Source of the DNA: Methanobacteriota archaeon
Lineage (GTDB): Archaea > Thermoplasmatota > Thermoplasmata > RBG-16-68-12
Reading direction: 5' to 3'
Assembly (NCBI GenBank): GCA_005878635.1
Contig: VBLS01000111.1
Coordinates: 1 to 60,533 of the forward strand
DNA length: 60,533 bases
The number at the start of each line of letters is the position of its first letter. The stretch's first letter is position 1. Positions 1-9,151 of this stretch are shown piece after piece. Under the pieces are notes generated by a model. It had not been told where the DNA came from. It did not search any database and was given only the letters and a program-made list of their open reading frames with translations. The translations under genes and the position numbers were made by a program.

Positions 1-76
1 CCTGTCGACGGATCACCTGCAGGAAGGCCCTCGACGCGAACGCATCGGCGGGTACGCGTGAGGCCCCGGTTCGCCG

Positions 77-343
77 CTAGGTCTCGACGGCGATCGAATA
101 CTCGTGGATGACGGGATTCGCGAGGAGCCGGCGACACATCTCCTCGGCTTCCTTCCGGGCGACCTTCGCATCCTTGGTCGCCAGGTCGATTAGGAAGAGC
201 TTCACGCTGTGGACCCCTCCGATCCCCTTGAACCCGAGGAGGGTCAAGGCCTTCTGGACGTTGTCGCCCTCCGGATCCGTGACGCCTTTCCGCAAGTGGA
301 CCTCGACGCGGACGCGGACCATGGGGCTGACCGCGGCGGGCAT
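77..343 (-). CDS. purS: phosphoribosylformylglycinamidine synthase subunit PurS
   Basis: 88-aa ORF. The pattern VRVEVHLRKGVTDPEGDNVQKALTLLGF...LLANPVIHEYSI is the typical PurS pattern and length. Confidence 0.8.
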   Translation of the reverse strand: MPAAVSPMVRVRVEVHLRKGVTDPEGDNVQKALTLLGFKGIGGVHSVKLFLIDLATKDAKVARKEAEEMCRRLLANPVIHEYSIAVET

Positions 344-356
344 CCGCTCCGGCCAC

Positions 357-986
357 TTAGGCCTTTCCAGGTTCCAGCCGGATATGCGGCCGGACGAGGC
401 CCAACCGCGGGGTCGGTCGGACCGTCGCGCGGCCGGACTCGATCGCCGACTCGAAGAGTCCTTTCGTCACAAGGGAACGCACCGCGGTCAGGATCGTCCG
501 CCTCGCGAATCCTCCCGACATCATCAAGGGAATCAAATTGGTCAGGGGGGTGCTTCGTCGGAGCCGCTGGGCGATGAACACCTCCGCGGGCGAGAAGTCG
601 GCCGTGATCCGCACGCCGCGGAGAATTGGTAGCCGAATTGGATCCGGGTCGCAATACCAGGCCTCGACGCCTTCGTGAAAGGCGGCCAGGATCGCCGCCG
701 TCGTGAGGATCTTGGTCCCGCCGGTCGCACTGATTCGGACGGGCCCCTTCTCCCGCTCCCGCTCGACGACATTCTCGATCGCTCGAAGGCAATTTCCGAA
801 GTCGAACGGATTGACGCGGACGCTCTGGAGGCTCGGCTCGAACGAGCGCAGACGGCGGAACGCGGGCGATCGAAAGGAATCCCGGCCGCCGACGAGGAGG
901 AGTCGATCGTACGGAAGCTGGCGGAGGCTGGGGAGGACGTGCTTGTCGTCGAACCCGATCGTGGCGATGAGCGCCCCGGCGTCCAT
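357..986 (-). CDS. Csa3-like CARF domain protein with C-terminal wHTH-like region
   Basis: N-terminal TIGF after strand 1 and SATGGTK match the Csa3 TMGF and DLTMGMR CARF motifs recalled from Sso1445. About 210 aa. Paralogue of the adjacent ORF. Confidence 0.55.
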   Translation of the reverse strand: MDAGALIATIGFDDKHVLPSLRQLPYDRLLLVGGRDSFRSPAFRRLRSFEPSLQSVRVNPFDFGNCLRAIENVVEREREKGPVRISATGGTKILTTAAILAAFHEGVEAWYCDPDPIRLPILRGVRITADFSPAEVFIAQRLRRSTPLTNLIPLMMSGGFARRTILTAVRSLVTKGLFESAIESGRATVRPTPRLGLVRPHIRLEPGKA

Positions 987-990
987 GGAA

Positions 991-1626
991 TCACCCGAGG
1001 AGCAGCTCGATGCCGGGCGCGGGGACGATCACGAGCCGGCGGCCGTCGGCCGGATCGGCCTGGCGCTCGATCGTGCCCATCGACTCGAGTTTGCGCAGAT
1101 GATGGTTCATCGTGGCCTTGTGGACCCCCAGGGCGCGGGCCAGGGCCGTTTCCGAGAACGACTTCTCGCGGTTCTTGACGAGAAACGCGAGCACTTCCCG
1201 CTGCTTTCGGGTCAGTCCTTCGCCGTACGTCATCCGGAGGAGCGGGAGCGCGAGCTCGCGATACGTCTCGTCGTGGACGTACGTCGCGGGGATCCCCTCC
1301 AGGATGCAGACCAGGAGCGCCGCACTGCTCATGAGCCGGGTGCCTCCCGCGATGTTGAATCGGAGGTCCATCCCCGCGGACTTCTCCTTGCGGACATCCG
1401 CTCGAATCTGCCCTGCGACCTGCAGGAGATCATAGGCGTCGCTGACCTCGACCGCGGTACACGGGACCCCCAACCCTCGGCAAAATTCCACGACCTTGGC
1501 CCGAGCGTCCCGGCTCTTCGCATGATCGCTGTGGTAGAACGCGACGCGGTCGAGATGGCTCGTCGACCGGATCGAAGGGAGCAGGCTCTGTGGCCGCCAG
1601 CCAAGGGTGCCGAAAAGCACGGTCAT
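991..1626 (-). CDS. Csa3-like CARF domain transcriptional regulator (CARF + MarR/ArsR-type wHTH)
   Basis: GTLGW and NIAGGTR CARF motifs. The C-terminal LTRKQREVLAFLV...ALARALGVHKATMNHHLRKLESMGTIER is a clear winged helix-turn-helix. Confidence 0.7.
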   Translation of the reverse strand: MTVLFGTLGWRPQSLLPSIRSTSHLDRVAFYHSDHAKSRDARAKVVEFCRGLGVPCTAVEVSDAYDLLQVAGQIRADVRKEKSAGMDLRFNIAGGTRLMSSAALLVCILEGIPATYVHDETYRELALPLLRMTYGEGLTRKQREVLAFLVKNREKSFSETALARALGVHKATMNHHLRKLESMGTIERQADPADGRRLVIVPAPGIELLLG

Positions 1627-1739
1627 GCTCCCTGTTCACCAAGTTCTAACAATAAGAAGTTTCTTCCTTCGAATCCGGCCACAATCCGGTGTCGTCCAGA
1701 ACGCAGGCACGGTCGAAACCATTTTATCGTCCTCCTTAG

Positions 1740-2291
1740 ATGATTCCCGAGATGGCGACGAACCACGCTGGGGAGCAGACCCTCCTCGTGACGCGACCGA
1801 CGCGGCTGATCGCCCTGCGATATTGGAGCGCGTTGGTGCTGGCCCTCCTCCTCGCGGCGGTCCTCGGCCTCCGCATCCCGAGCCGGTTCTCGCCGACCTT
1901 CCCGAATCCCGCGGTCGCGGGCATCGAGCTGAGCACGATCCTCGCGGGTTTCTTCGTCTTCCTCGCGCTCCTCGCGTTCCTCGCGGCCGAGTTGAAGCGG
2001 AAGACGACGCGGTACATCATCACGGACAACAAGATCATTCGCGAGGATGGAATCCTGAACAAGAACACGCAGATGATCCCGTACACCCAGCTCGAGCGAG
2101 TGGACCTCCATCAGACCTTCGGCCAGCGGATCTTCAAGATCGGGACGATCGTCGTGGACACGGGGGACGACACCCTGAAGATCGACATGGTCCGGCACCC
2201 CGCGAAGGTCCAGGAGCTCCTGAGTAACCGGCTCGGGCGCCGCGCTTGGACCGGCCAAACGCCGCCAGGTCAGCCGCCGGTGAATCGCTGA
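1740..2291 (+). CDS. membrane protein with bacterial PH domain (bPH_2/YdbS-like)
   Basis: Two N-terminal TM helices, then TTRYIITDNKIIREDGILNKNTQMIPYTQLERVDLHQTFGQRIFKIGTIVVDT, the typical bPH_2 (DUF304) pattern. Confidence 0.7.
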   Translation: MIPEMATNHAGEQTLLVTRPTRLIALRYWSALVLALLLAAVLGLRIPSRFSPTFPNPAVAGIELSTILAGFFVFLALLAFLAAELKRKTTRYIITDNKIIREDGILNKNTQMIPYTQLERVDLHQTFGQRIFKIGTIVVDTGDDTLKIDMVRHPAKVQELLSNRLGRRAWTGQTPPGQPPVNR

Positions 2292-2313
2292 CGGTTCGTT
2301 CGAGAACTCTCGT

Positions 2314-2940
2314 TCACTCGGTCCACGGGAGCATCAAGGGCGCCTCGTGCGTCGCGGCGACCTCCCACGCGCCCGGCTCCCCGTCCGGCTCTCCTTCGAC
2401 CCAGTAGCCGCCGATCGTCATGTCGTAGCCGTGGTTCGCGTCGAGGGCCACCGTGCAACCGATCTTCCGCCGGTACCGCCGGGTGGAGCAGCCCGTCTCA
2501 TGGGGCTGCGACCAGGTCCGCCGCTTGAGGGCCATGACGACCTCGAGCCATCGGACCCGCCGTTCGGGACGGTCCCGGGAGATCCGCCGCAATTCGTCGG
2601 CGACGTAGTCGAGGTCCGTCCGGGAAAGGCTCGCGGCGCCGTCGTCCCCGGTGTGGCTGTGGAAGCCGCCCAGGACCGCGTATCCGACGTCCGCATGCTC
2701 GATCGCCCCGCGGGCCCGTTCGAAGGCCTTCTCGTTGCCGTGGGAGACCCAGTTCGGCTTGCGATCCTCGGTCTGCAGCGGATACGCGGCCCGGAGGACG
2801 GTCACCCCGCGGGGCCGCTGGCGGACGAGGCGGGTGCCGCGATTCCCGACGAGGAACCCGTTCGTCTCGCGGTTGTAGGCCTCCACAGCGGACGTGACCA
2901 AGCCGAGGAACGCGCTGCGCTCGATCACGATAGGGTCCAA
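2314..2940 (-). CDS. JAMM/MPN+ family metalloprotease-like protein
   Basis: Conserved Glu (RETNGFLVG) plus GGFHSHTGDDGAASLSRTD, which gives the H-x-H-x7-S-x2-D JAMM zinc motif. An extra region of about 80 aa follows at the C-terminus. Confidence 0.75.
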   Translation of the reverse strand: MDPIVIERSAFLGLVTSAVEAYNRETNGFLVGNRGTRLVRQRPRGVTVLRAAYPLQTEDRKPNWVSHGNEKAFERARGAIEHADVGYAVLGGFHSHTGDDGAASLSRTDLDYVADELRRISRDRPERRVRWLEVVMALKRRTWSQPHETGCSTRRYRRKIGCTVALDANHGYDMTIGGYWVEGEPDGEPGAWEVAATHEAPLMLPWTE

Positions 2941-3112
2941 GGGTCCGCCTCTGGCAGGCGCCCGGCTGCAGTCCCCTCGGCGTATAAGAAAGTGCCGTCA
3001 CGAGTCGCGAAGAACGGTTGGAATAATCATCCGACGGTTTGATTCCAACGTCCTGCCCGGAGTTGGCCAGAAAGGAAAAATAAGCCTCGCGGGATATGCG
3101 AGGGAGGCCGGC

Positions 3113-3355
3113 GTGAAGTTCTTCGCCACGGAGCTACGCGGCAAGACGGTCATGACAGAGGACGGCCAGATCCTCGGGATCCTCGACGATTTCCTGTTCG
3201 ACCTGAAGACCGGCCGGATCCAGTCCCTCCTCGTCGCCCCGGCCGAGTCCGTCGAGACCCGCCTGTTCCAGACGGACCCCAAAGGCCGGCTCGTCCTGAG
3301 CTTCCGGTCGATGAAGGCGGTGAAAGATGTGATCATGACGCAGCTCGCCGATTGA
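3113..3355 (+). CDS. PRC-barrel domain protein
   Basis: GTG at 3113 preceded by AGGGAGG. FATELRGKTVMTEDGQILGILDDFLFDLKTGRIQSLLV is the PRC-barrel signature. The upstream part of the 2894 ORF looks non-coding. Confidence 0.6.
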   Translation: MKFFATELRGKTVMTEDGQILGILDDFLFDLKTGRIQSLLVAPAESVETRLFQTDPKGRLVLSFRSMKAVKDVIMTQLAD

Positions 3356-3368
3356 GCCGCGGACCCGT

Positions 3369-4721
3369 GTGGCCATGACGAACCTGACCTTCTACGGCGG
3401 CGTCGGAGAGATCGGCGGGAACAAGGTCCTCGTCGAAGACCGCGACGCGCGGATCTGGCTCGACATGGGCGCCACCTTCGACTTCGGCTCGGAGTACTTC
3501 GTCGAATACCTCACGCCGCGAGAACGGTTCGGCCTCCGGGACTACTTCGCCCTCGGACTCCTGCCGCGGCTGCCCGGCCTCTACGCCGCGGATTGGCTCG
3601 AGTCGGCGGGATTGCCGCACGAGGCCCCGCGGTTTTCGGCAGCGTTCATCTCCCACATCCACTTCGACCACACGAACCACCTGCGGTTCCTCGACGCCGC
3701 GATCCCGGTCCACCTCGGGAGGACGAAGATCATCCTGGACTCTTGGGAGATCACGACCCGCGGGATGGACCTCCTGGCCCACGACTACCGCACGTTCCGC
3801 ACCGGTGCGAGCATCGACGTGGACGGCGTGGAGGTCGAACCGATCCATGTCGATCATTCGGCGCCGGCCGCCTACGGATTCCTGGTGCACACGGCCGCCG
3901 GGACGGTCGCTTACACCGGGGACCTGCGTCAACATGGACCGCACGCGGAGATGACCCGTGACTTCATCGAGGCGGCGAGGACGAACGAGCCGATCGCCCT
4001 GATCACAGAAGGGACGCGGGTGACTCCCGAAGACCCGCGGTCGAATCTCACGGAGGCGCAGGTGAAGTCGAAGAGCATCGAGGCCGCGGGGCGGGCGAAA
4101 GGCAAGTCGGTCTTCGCGACCTTCTACCCGCGGGATGTGGACCGCATGCGGACCTTCGTCGAAGTGGCGAAGGCCGTCGGCCGGAAGTTCGTCGTGCAGG
4201 CGCGGGCCGCCCACCTCCTCGTCTCCCTGTCCCAGGACGCACGGATCCAGGTCCCGGACGTCCTGCGCGACCAGGACCTGCTCGTGTACGACCGTCGGTT
4301 CGAACGCCAGGACACCTGGGAGAAGAATCTGTTCGCCCAACTCGGAGATCGAGTCGTGACGTCCGATTACGTCCGCGACCATCAGGACGAACTCGTCGTC
4401 CAGCTGGATTTCACGACGATGCCGGAGCTGGTCGACATCCGCCCGGTGCCCGGAAGCACCTTCATCCACTCGAAGAGCGAGCCGATCGAGGAGGACAATG
4501 AGGTCGAGGAGGCCGTCGCGAACTGGGTCCGGTTCTTCAAGCTCCGGAGGTTCCAGTACCACGCGAGCGGGCACATGTCGGAGCGGGAGATCGCGGACAT
4601 GATCCGCGCGATCGGCGCGAAGGCGGTCATCCCGATCCATACCGAGTACCCGGAGAGGTTCACGGGCTTCGCCCCGCGGGTCGTCCAACCGACCGTCGCG
4701 CGGCCGATGACCCTCGACTGA
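3369..4721 (+). CDS. rnj: archaeal RNase J-like beta-CASP metallo-beta-lactamase ribonuclease
   Basis: 450 aa. N-terminal FYGGVGEIGGNKVLVED, an HxHxDH motif (SHIHFDHTNH), and a C-terminal HASGH motif. Size and motifs fit archaeal RNase J. Confidence 0.75.
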   Translation: MAMTNLTFYGGVGEIGGNKVLVEDRDARIWLDMGATFDFGSEYFVEYLTPRERFGLRDYFALGLLPRLPGLYAADWLESAGLPHEAPRFSAAFISHIHFDHTNHLRFLDAAIPVHLGRTKIILDSWEITTRGMDLLAHDYRTFRTGASIDVDGVEVEPIHVDHSAPAAYGFLVHTAAGTVAYTGDLRQHGPHAEMTRDFIEAARTNEPIALITEGTRVTPEDPRSNLTEAQVKSKSIEAAGRAKGKSVFATFYPRDVDRMRTFVEVAKAVGRKFVVQARAAHLLVSLSQDARIQVPDVLRDQDLLVYDRRFERQDTWEKNLFAQLGDRVVTSDYVRDHQDELVVQLDFTTMPELVDIRPVPGSTFIHSKSEPIEEDNEVEEAVANWVRFFKLRRFQYHASGHMSEREIADMIRAIGAKAVIPIHTEYPERFTGFAPRVVQPTVARPMTLD

Positions 4722-4735
4722 TCCGGAGGCGCGGC

Positions 4736-5389
4736 CTAGCGGAAGTAGGACACGATGGCCCCTTGGATTCCGAGGATCACGAACTGCACCGCGATGGCGG
4801 CCAGAATGAGGCCGATGATCCGCGAGATCGCGTAGGCCCCCATGCGGCCGATTCGACCGAACACCCGGTCCGCTTGGTACAGGAGGACCCAGGTGATGCC
4901 CATCGTGGCGAGGATGGAGCCGATGATCACCGCGATCTGGCCCATGTCGAAGCTCGGATAGGAGGCCTCGGCCATGAGCACCATGACGGTCGTGATGGCC
5001 CCCGGGCCCGCCATCATCGGGATCCCGAGCGGTACGATGCCGGCCGCCTCCCGTTCGAGCGCTTCCGCGCGATCCTGCGCGGTCAACTGGGTCCGGGAGC
5101 GTTCTCCTTGCATCATCGAGAAGGCGATCGTGAAGAGCAAGATCCCTCCGGCGATGCGGAACGCCGGGATCGAGGTGCCGAAGACGAAGAAGATGTAGTT
5201 GCCGACGAAGGCGAAGACGAGCAGCGTGATGGTCGCGGCGAGGATCGCCTTCTGGATCACCCGGCCTTTCATCTCCTTCGGGTACGAGCGCGTCAGGACC
5301 ACGAAGAAGGTCATCGCGCCGATGGGATTCACGATCGCGAAGAGTGCGACGAAGGTCGTGATCGCAAAACTGACGAGGTCCGCCGCCAT
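4736..5389 (-). CDS. MarC family (UPF0056) integral membrane protein
   Basis: 217 aa with six predicted TM segments. N-terminal FVALFAIVNPIGAMTFF and an overall MarC-like pattern. Confidence 0.75.
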   Translation of the reverse strand: MAADLVSFAITTFVALFAIVNPIGAMTFFVVLTRSYPKEMKGRVIQKAILAATITLLVFAFVGNYIFFVFGTSIPAFRIAGGILLFTIAFSMMQGERSRTQLTAQDRAEALEREAAGIVPLGIPMMAGPGAITTVMVLMAEASYPSFDMGQIAVIIGSILATMGITWVLLYQADRVFGRIGRMGAYAISRIIGLILAAIAVQFVILGIQGAIVSYFR

Positions 5390-5417
5390 GCCGGCGCGGC
5401 CCAGACAGCGGCCCGTA

Positions 5418-6182
5418 TTAGAAGGTGTCGAGCACTTTTCGCGCGAACGTCAGATACCCGGTGTGTCCCAGGGGTGCGAAAGAGGGGTGCGTCCCCGCCT
5501 CGTGCGCGACGATCTCCCGTTCGATGATTTCGACGCTTCGGATTTCGACGAAGGTACTCTTCCGAAGGGTCGCGACCGTCCGGTTCACCTGCTCCATGTT
5601 GGGCGAGTAGGACGCGAAGTGCCCGCACGGACGGAGGACGGTCGCGGCACCATCGACCGCCTCCCACGGATCGGGGATATCGAGGATCATCGCGTCCGCG
5701 CCACGCTCGACAACCCCCTTCCGGCCGTCGCCGATCTTGAACTCAACGACGCCTTCCAGATCGGCTGCCGTCACGTTATCGCGAGCCCGGTCGAGGAACT
5801 CGGGACGGACGTCGTAGGTCACGACCCGGCCCTTCGACCCGACGGCATGGGCCAGGGCGAGTGTCAAGGCCCCCGAGCCGGCGCCGATCTCGACGACGAA
5901 GTCTCCCGGCTTGACGTCGCAATTCCATAGGAGGGCGGGCGCGTCCTTCGTCCCGATAATCTGGGCTTCTCGGCGCACGGACTCGATCTCGTCCCGAATC
6001 GACGGGACCATCACCAAGAAGGTCCGATCGCCAATCGTCCACCGGCGGCCCAACAACCCTTGCAACGTGTCCGCGCGGACCACGCCAACCGAAGGGATCT
6101 TCACGGTCTCTCGATCGAGATTCACGAGGTGTTTGGCGCCGGAGGCTTCCAGCAACACGACGCGTTCGAAGGGCGCGTTCAT
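5418..6182 (-). CDS. trmI: tRNA (adenine-N1)-methyltransferase TrmI/Gcd14 family
   Basis: SAM motif VVEIGAGSGALTLALA, the DIPDPW motif, and about 250 aa. Confidence 0.8.
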   Translation of the reverse strand: MNAPFERVVLLEASGAKHLVNLDRETVKIPSVGVVRADTLQGLLGRRWTIGDRTFLVMVPSIRDEIESVRREAQIIGTKDAPALLWNCDVKPGDFVVEIGAGSGALTLALAHAVGSKGRVVTYDVRPEFLDRARDNVTAADLEGVVEFKIGDGRKGVVERGADAMILDIPDPWEAVDGAATVLRPCGHFASYSPNMEQVNRTVATLRKSTFVEIRSVEIIEREIVAHEAGTHPSFAPLGHTGYLTFARKVLDTF

Positions 6183-6235
6183 GACTACCTTGCCCGGGAG
6201 GACCGCGGCCTTTCTCGAATCCGCAGAAAGGTTAA

Positions 6236-7411
6236 ATGGATTCCGTACCTTCCGCGCCCGTCAGCCTGGTTATGTCATCGAATTCTGAGGAGACTCCTCC
6301 GGCTGAAACCTCGCGTCTTCGCCGATTGCGCGAGGTCCTTCGGTTCACACCTCGATCTCGCCGGCAACTCCTGCGGGCCCTGATCGTCACCACGATTTTC
6401 GTCATCTTTCTCGCGGCCCTTGCAACCCTGTTTGGAATCACGATCTTGCAGTACACGCTCGCGGGCTTCCGTCTCAGCAGCATCGTCATCGTCGCCGCGA
6501 TTGGCCTGACCGTCATCTACGGAATCCGTGGGTTCGCGAACTTCGCGTACGGTGACCTGATGACCCTCGGCGCCTACGTGGCCCTGTTCGTCAATATGAA
6601 CATGGCCCTCTCGCTCGTCTGGGGAGCGATCGTCTCGTTCGTGGTCCTTGCCCTCGTCGGAATTCTCCTCGAGGTGTTGATCTTCGCCAGGCTGGAGGGA
6701 CGAGGCCCCGTGCCGCCGATCGTCGCCTCCGTCGGTGTCGGATTGATCGTCCAGAATGGAATCCGGGCGGTCGCGACGACGCAGCAATGGATCTTTCGGG
6801 TCCCTTTCATCCCGGAAATTCCCATTGTTCCGGGCCTCGGGTTCCATTGGATTCGGGACCTTGGGACCGTGGCCGTCGGTCTCGCCTTCATGATTTCCGT
6901 TCACATCCTGCTGACGTACACGAATCTCGGCAAGGCGATGCGGGCGACGGCGGACAACCTTGAGCTTGCGAAGGCAACCGGCATCGATACGAAATTGGTC
7001 ACCTACGCGGCCTGGGCGGTCAGCTGCTCCTTCGCATCGACGGCCGGAGTCTTGCTCGGCCTCATCGGCGTCGTCAGTCCGGTAATCGGCTTCAATGTCC
7101 TCCTCCTCGTTTTCGCCGCGGTCATCGTCGGCGGGATTGGTTCGCCCTACGGGGCCGTGCTCGGCGGCCTCGTGATCGGACTGTCCCAGGAAATGTCGGT
7201 GCCTCTCTTGCTCGGACTCGGGGCCTCGAGCGCCTACAAGGTGGCAATCCCCTTCATCGTCATGATCGCGGTCCTCATCCTTCGCCCTTGGGGCATCGCC
7301 GGACGACCGCCCCCGTTCGCACGGCGGGTCTTCTTCATCGAGAAAATCTTGGACGCGATCGGTGGGCGTCCCGGCGCGGCCCAGGACGCGGAACGAGAGA
7401 GCGGGGGCTGA
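6236..7411 (+). CDS. livH: branched-chain amino acid ABC transporter permease (LivH-like)
   Basis: Polytopic membrane protein with a LivH-like core (IYGIRGFANFAYGDLMTLGAY...). The start is uncertain and has an N-terminal extension. The C-terminus overlaps livM by 50 nt. Confidence 0.8.
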   Translation: MDSVPSAPVSLVMSSNSEETPPAETSRLRRLREVLRFTPRSRRQLLRALIVTTIFVIFLAALATLFGITILQYTLAGFRLSSIVIVAAIGLTVIYGIRGFANFAYGDLMTLGAYVALFVNMNMALSLVWGAIVSFVVLALVGILLEVLIFARLEGRGPVPPIVASVGVGLIVQNGIRAVATTQQWIFRVPFIPEIPIVPGLGFHWIRDLGTVAVGLAFMISVHILLTYTNLGKAMRATADNLELAKATGIDTKLVTYAAWAVSCSFASTAGVLLGLIGVVSPVIGFNVLLLVFAAVIVGGIGSPYGAVLGGLVIGLSQEMSVPLLLGLGASSAYKVAIPFIVMIAVLILRPWGIAGRPPPFARRVFFIEKILDAIGGRPGAAQDAERESGG

Positions 7412-8378
7412 CCGGACGGCCATCGACACCGGGATCCTGACCAACGTCGGTTTCTATGTCTATGTCTCGATCGTCTTTGCATTGCTCGCCCTTGGATTCA
7501 ACCTTCAGTGGGGGTACACCGGACTCTTCAACGCGGGCATCGCCGGGTTCTTCCTTATTGGAGCGTACACAACGGCAATCGCGATCACGCCCCCGACCCC
7601 GCCTTCCATCGGGTACCCGGGCCATCTTGGGGGGTTCTCGCTGCCGCTGTGGCTCGCGGCGATCCTCTCGATGGCCGCGGCCGGCTCCGTGGCGGCGTTG
7701 GTCGCGCTCCCCACCGTCCGCCTTCGGGCGGACTACCTTGCGATCGCGACACTCGCTTTCGCCGAGGTCCTCCGAGTCGTCGCGATCAACTGGGAGTCCG
7801 TCACCGCGGGGACCATCGGGATCTTTCCGATTCCGCAACCGGTCGAATTCAATCCGCCCAGCGCATTCCTGAACGCGATGGTGAAGGTGGCCATCGGCGC
7901 GGGCGTCCTCTTGATCCTCCTCGTGGTCCTGCTCTTCATGACTGAGTCGCCGTGGGGACGCGTCCTCCGCGCGGTCCGAGAGGACGAAGAGGCGACGATG
8001 GCCCTCGGAAAGAACACGTTCCTCTACAAACTCCAGGCGTTCGCCATCGGTGGAGCCTTGATGGGCCTCGCAGGCTGGCTCTTCACCATTACGATCAACT
8101 ACATCGAGCCGTCCGGGAGCTTCGCTCCTGCGATTACCTTCTCCGTGTGGGTCATGGTCATCGTCGGAGGCGCGGGGAATCTACGGGGCGCCATCGTCGG
8201 CGCCTTCGCCATCTACGGATTGGAGTGGCTTTCCGTCCAGCTGAAGGACTACGCACCTCGGGAACTCAAGGACACGATCTTCTACATCCGGCTGATGATT
8301 GTCGGAACCTTGCTCATCGTCCTCATCATCTATCGCCCGGAAGGGATTCTCCGGGAGAAGAAACGGATCTTGCGATGA
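7362..8378 (+). CDS. livM: branched-chain amino acid ABC transporter permease (LivM-like)
   Basis: GFNLQWGYTGLFNAGIAGFFLIGAYT and LRADYLAIATLAFAE are LivM hallmarks. The start is uncertain. Confidence 0.8.
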   Translation: MGVPARPRTRNERAGADRTAIDTGILTNVGFYVYVSIVFALLALGFNLQWGYTGLFNAGIAGFFLIGAYTTAIAITPPTPPSIGYPGHLGGFSLPLWLAAILSMAAAGSVAALVALPTVRLRADYLAIATLAFAEVLRVVAINWESVTAGTIGIFPIPQPVEFNPPSAFLNAMVKVAIGAGVLLILLVVLLFMTESPWGRVLRAVREDEEATMALGKNTFLYKLQAFAIGGALMGLAGWLFTITINYIEPSGSFAPAITFSVWVMVIVGGAGNLRGAIVGAFAIYGLEWLSVQLKDYAPRELKDTIFYIRLMIVGTLLIVLIIYRPEGILREKKRILR

Positions 8379-9151
8379 CCGAACGGAGCGAAGTGCCTCT
8401 AATCCTCAGGGTCCAGGACGTGCGCAAATCCTTCGGCGGGATTCGCGCGGTGGACGACTGTTCTTTGGCGGTTTCGCCGCAGTCCGTCACCGGCCTCATC
8501 GGACCGAACGGAGCCGGGAAATCGACCCTGTTCAATCTCATCGCAGGATTGTACCGCCCCGATGGTGGCGAGATTTGGTTTGGTGACACCCGGATCGACG
8601 GACTCCCTCCCTTCGAGATCGTTCACCTAGGCCTCACGAAGACGTGGCAGATCCCTCACGAACTGCGCAATATGACGGTCCTCGAGAATCTCGTCCTCGG
8701 GTCCAAGCACAACGCGGGAGAGCATCTGACCAACCTGTTCTTCCAGCCGGGCTTGGTTCGGCGAGACGAGAAACGATGGAGGCAGCGGGCCCGTGAAGTC
8801 CTTCGACTGACCCAGCTCGACGCCTTGGCCAACGAACATGCGAAGGCGCTCTCCGGGGGCCAGAAGAAGCTATTGGAACTCGCCCGCGCGTTGATGACCG
8901 ACCCGACCTTGGTCCTCCTCGACGAGCCCGTGGCCGGCGTGAATCCGACCCTCGCGGGCAACCTCATGGACCTCATCGAGAAGCTCCGTCGCGACGGCCG
9001 CACGTTCTTCTTGATTGAACACGACATGAACGTCGTCATGAACCGATGCGATCGGGTGATCGTCATGCACCAAGGGCGCACGATCGCCGACGGGACCCCG
9101 GCGAGCGTGAAGGCGAACCCGGTCGTGATCGAGTCGTACCTGGGGGGATGA
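8375..9151 (+). CDS. livG: branched-chain amino acid ABC transporter ATP-binding protein (LivG-like)
   Basis: ATG at 8375 overlaps the livM stop (ATGA). Walker A GPNGAGKST, signature LSGGQKKLLELARAL, Walker B LVLLDEP. Confidence 0.85.
   Translation: MTERSEVPLILRVQDVRKSFGGIRAVDDCSLAVSPQSVTGLIGPNGAGKSTLFNLIAGLYRPDGGEIWFGDTRIDGLPPFEIVHLGLTKTWQIPHELRNMTVLENLVLGSKHNAGEHLTNLFFQPGLVRRDEKRWRQRAREVLRLTQLDALANEHAKALSGGQKKLLELARALMTDPTLVLLDEPVAGVNPTLAGNLMDLIEKLRRDGRTFFLIEHDMNVVMNRCDRVIVMHQGRTIADGTPASVKANPVVIESYLGG

Noticed and set aside
1-76. Possible start of a purQ-like gene downstream of purS on the minus strand
   Set aside because: Only about 45-60 nt are available, and none of the frames gives a recognisable PurQ N-terminus.
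3333-4688. 451-aa minus-strand ORF opposite the RNase J-like gene. Similar long antisense ORFs occur at 12326-13723, 13931-15874, 8656-9888, 50390-52477, 23654-25561, 19665-20252 and elsewhere.
   Set aside because: Each overlaps a gene with clear family motifs on the other strand and has a low-complexity Arg/Pro/Gly/Asp-rich translation. These are GC-driven open frames, not genes.
7362-7411. 50-nt overlap of livH and livM and the ~35-aa C-terminal extension of LivH, considered as a possible frameshift
   Set aside because: Both frames are open and both proteins are complete through their conserved cores. An alternative non-ATG start for livM is possible but cannot be resolved by eye.
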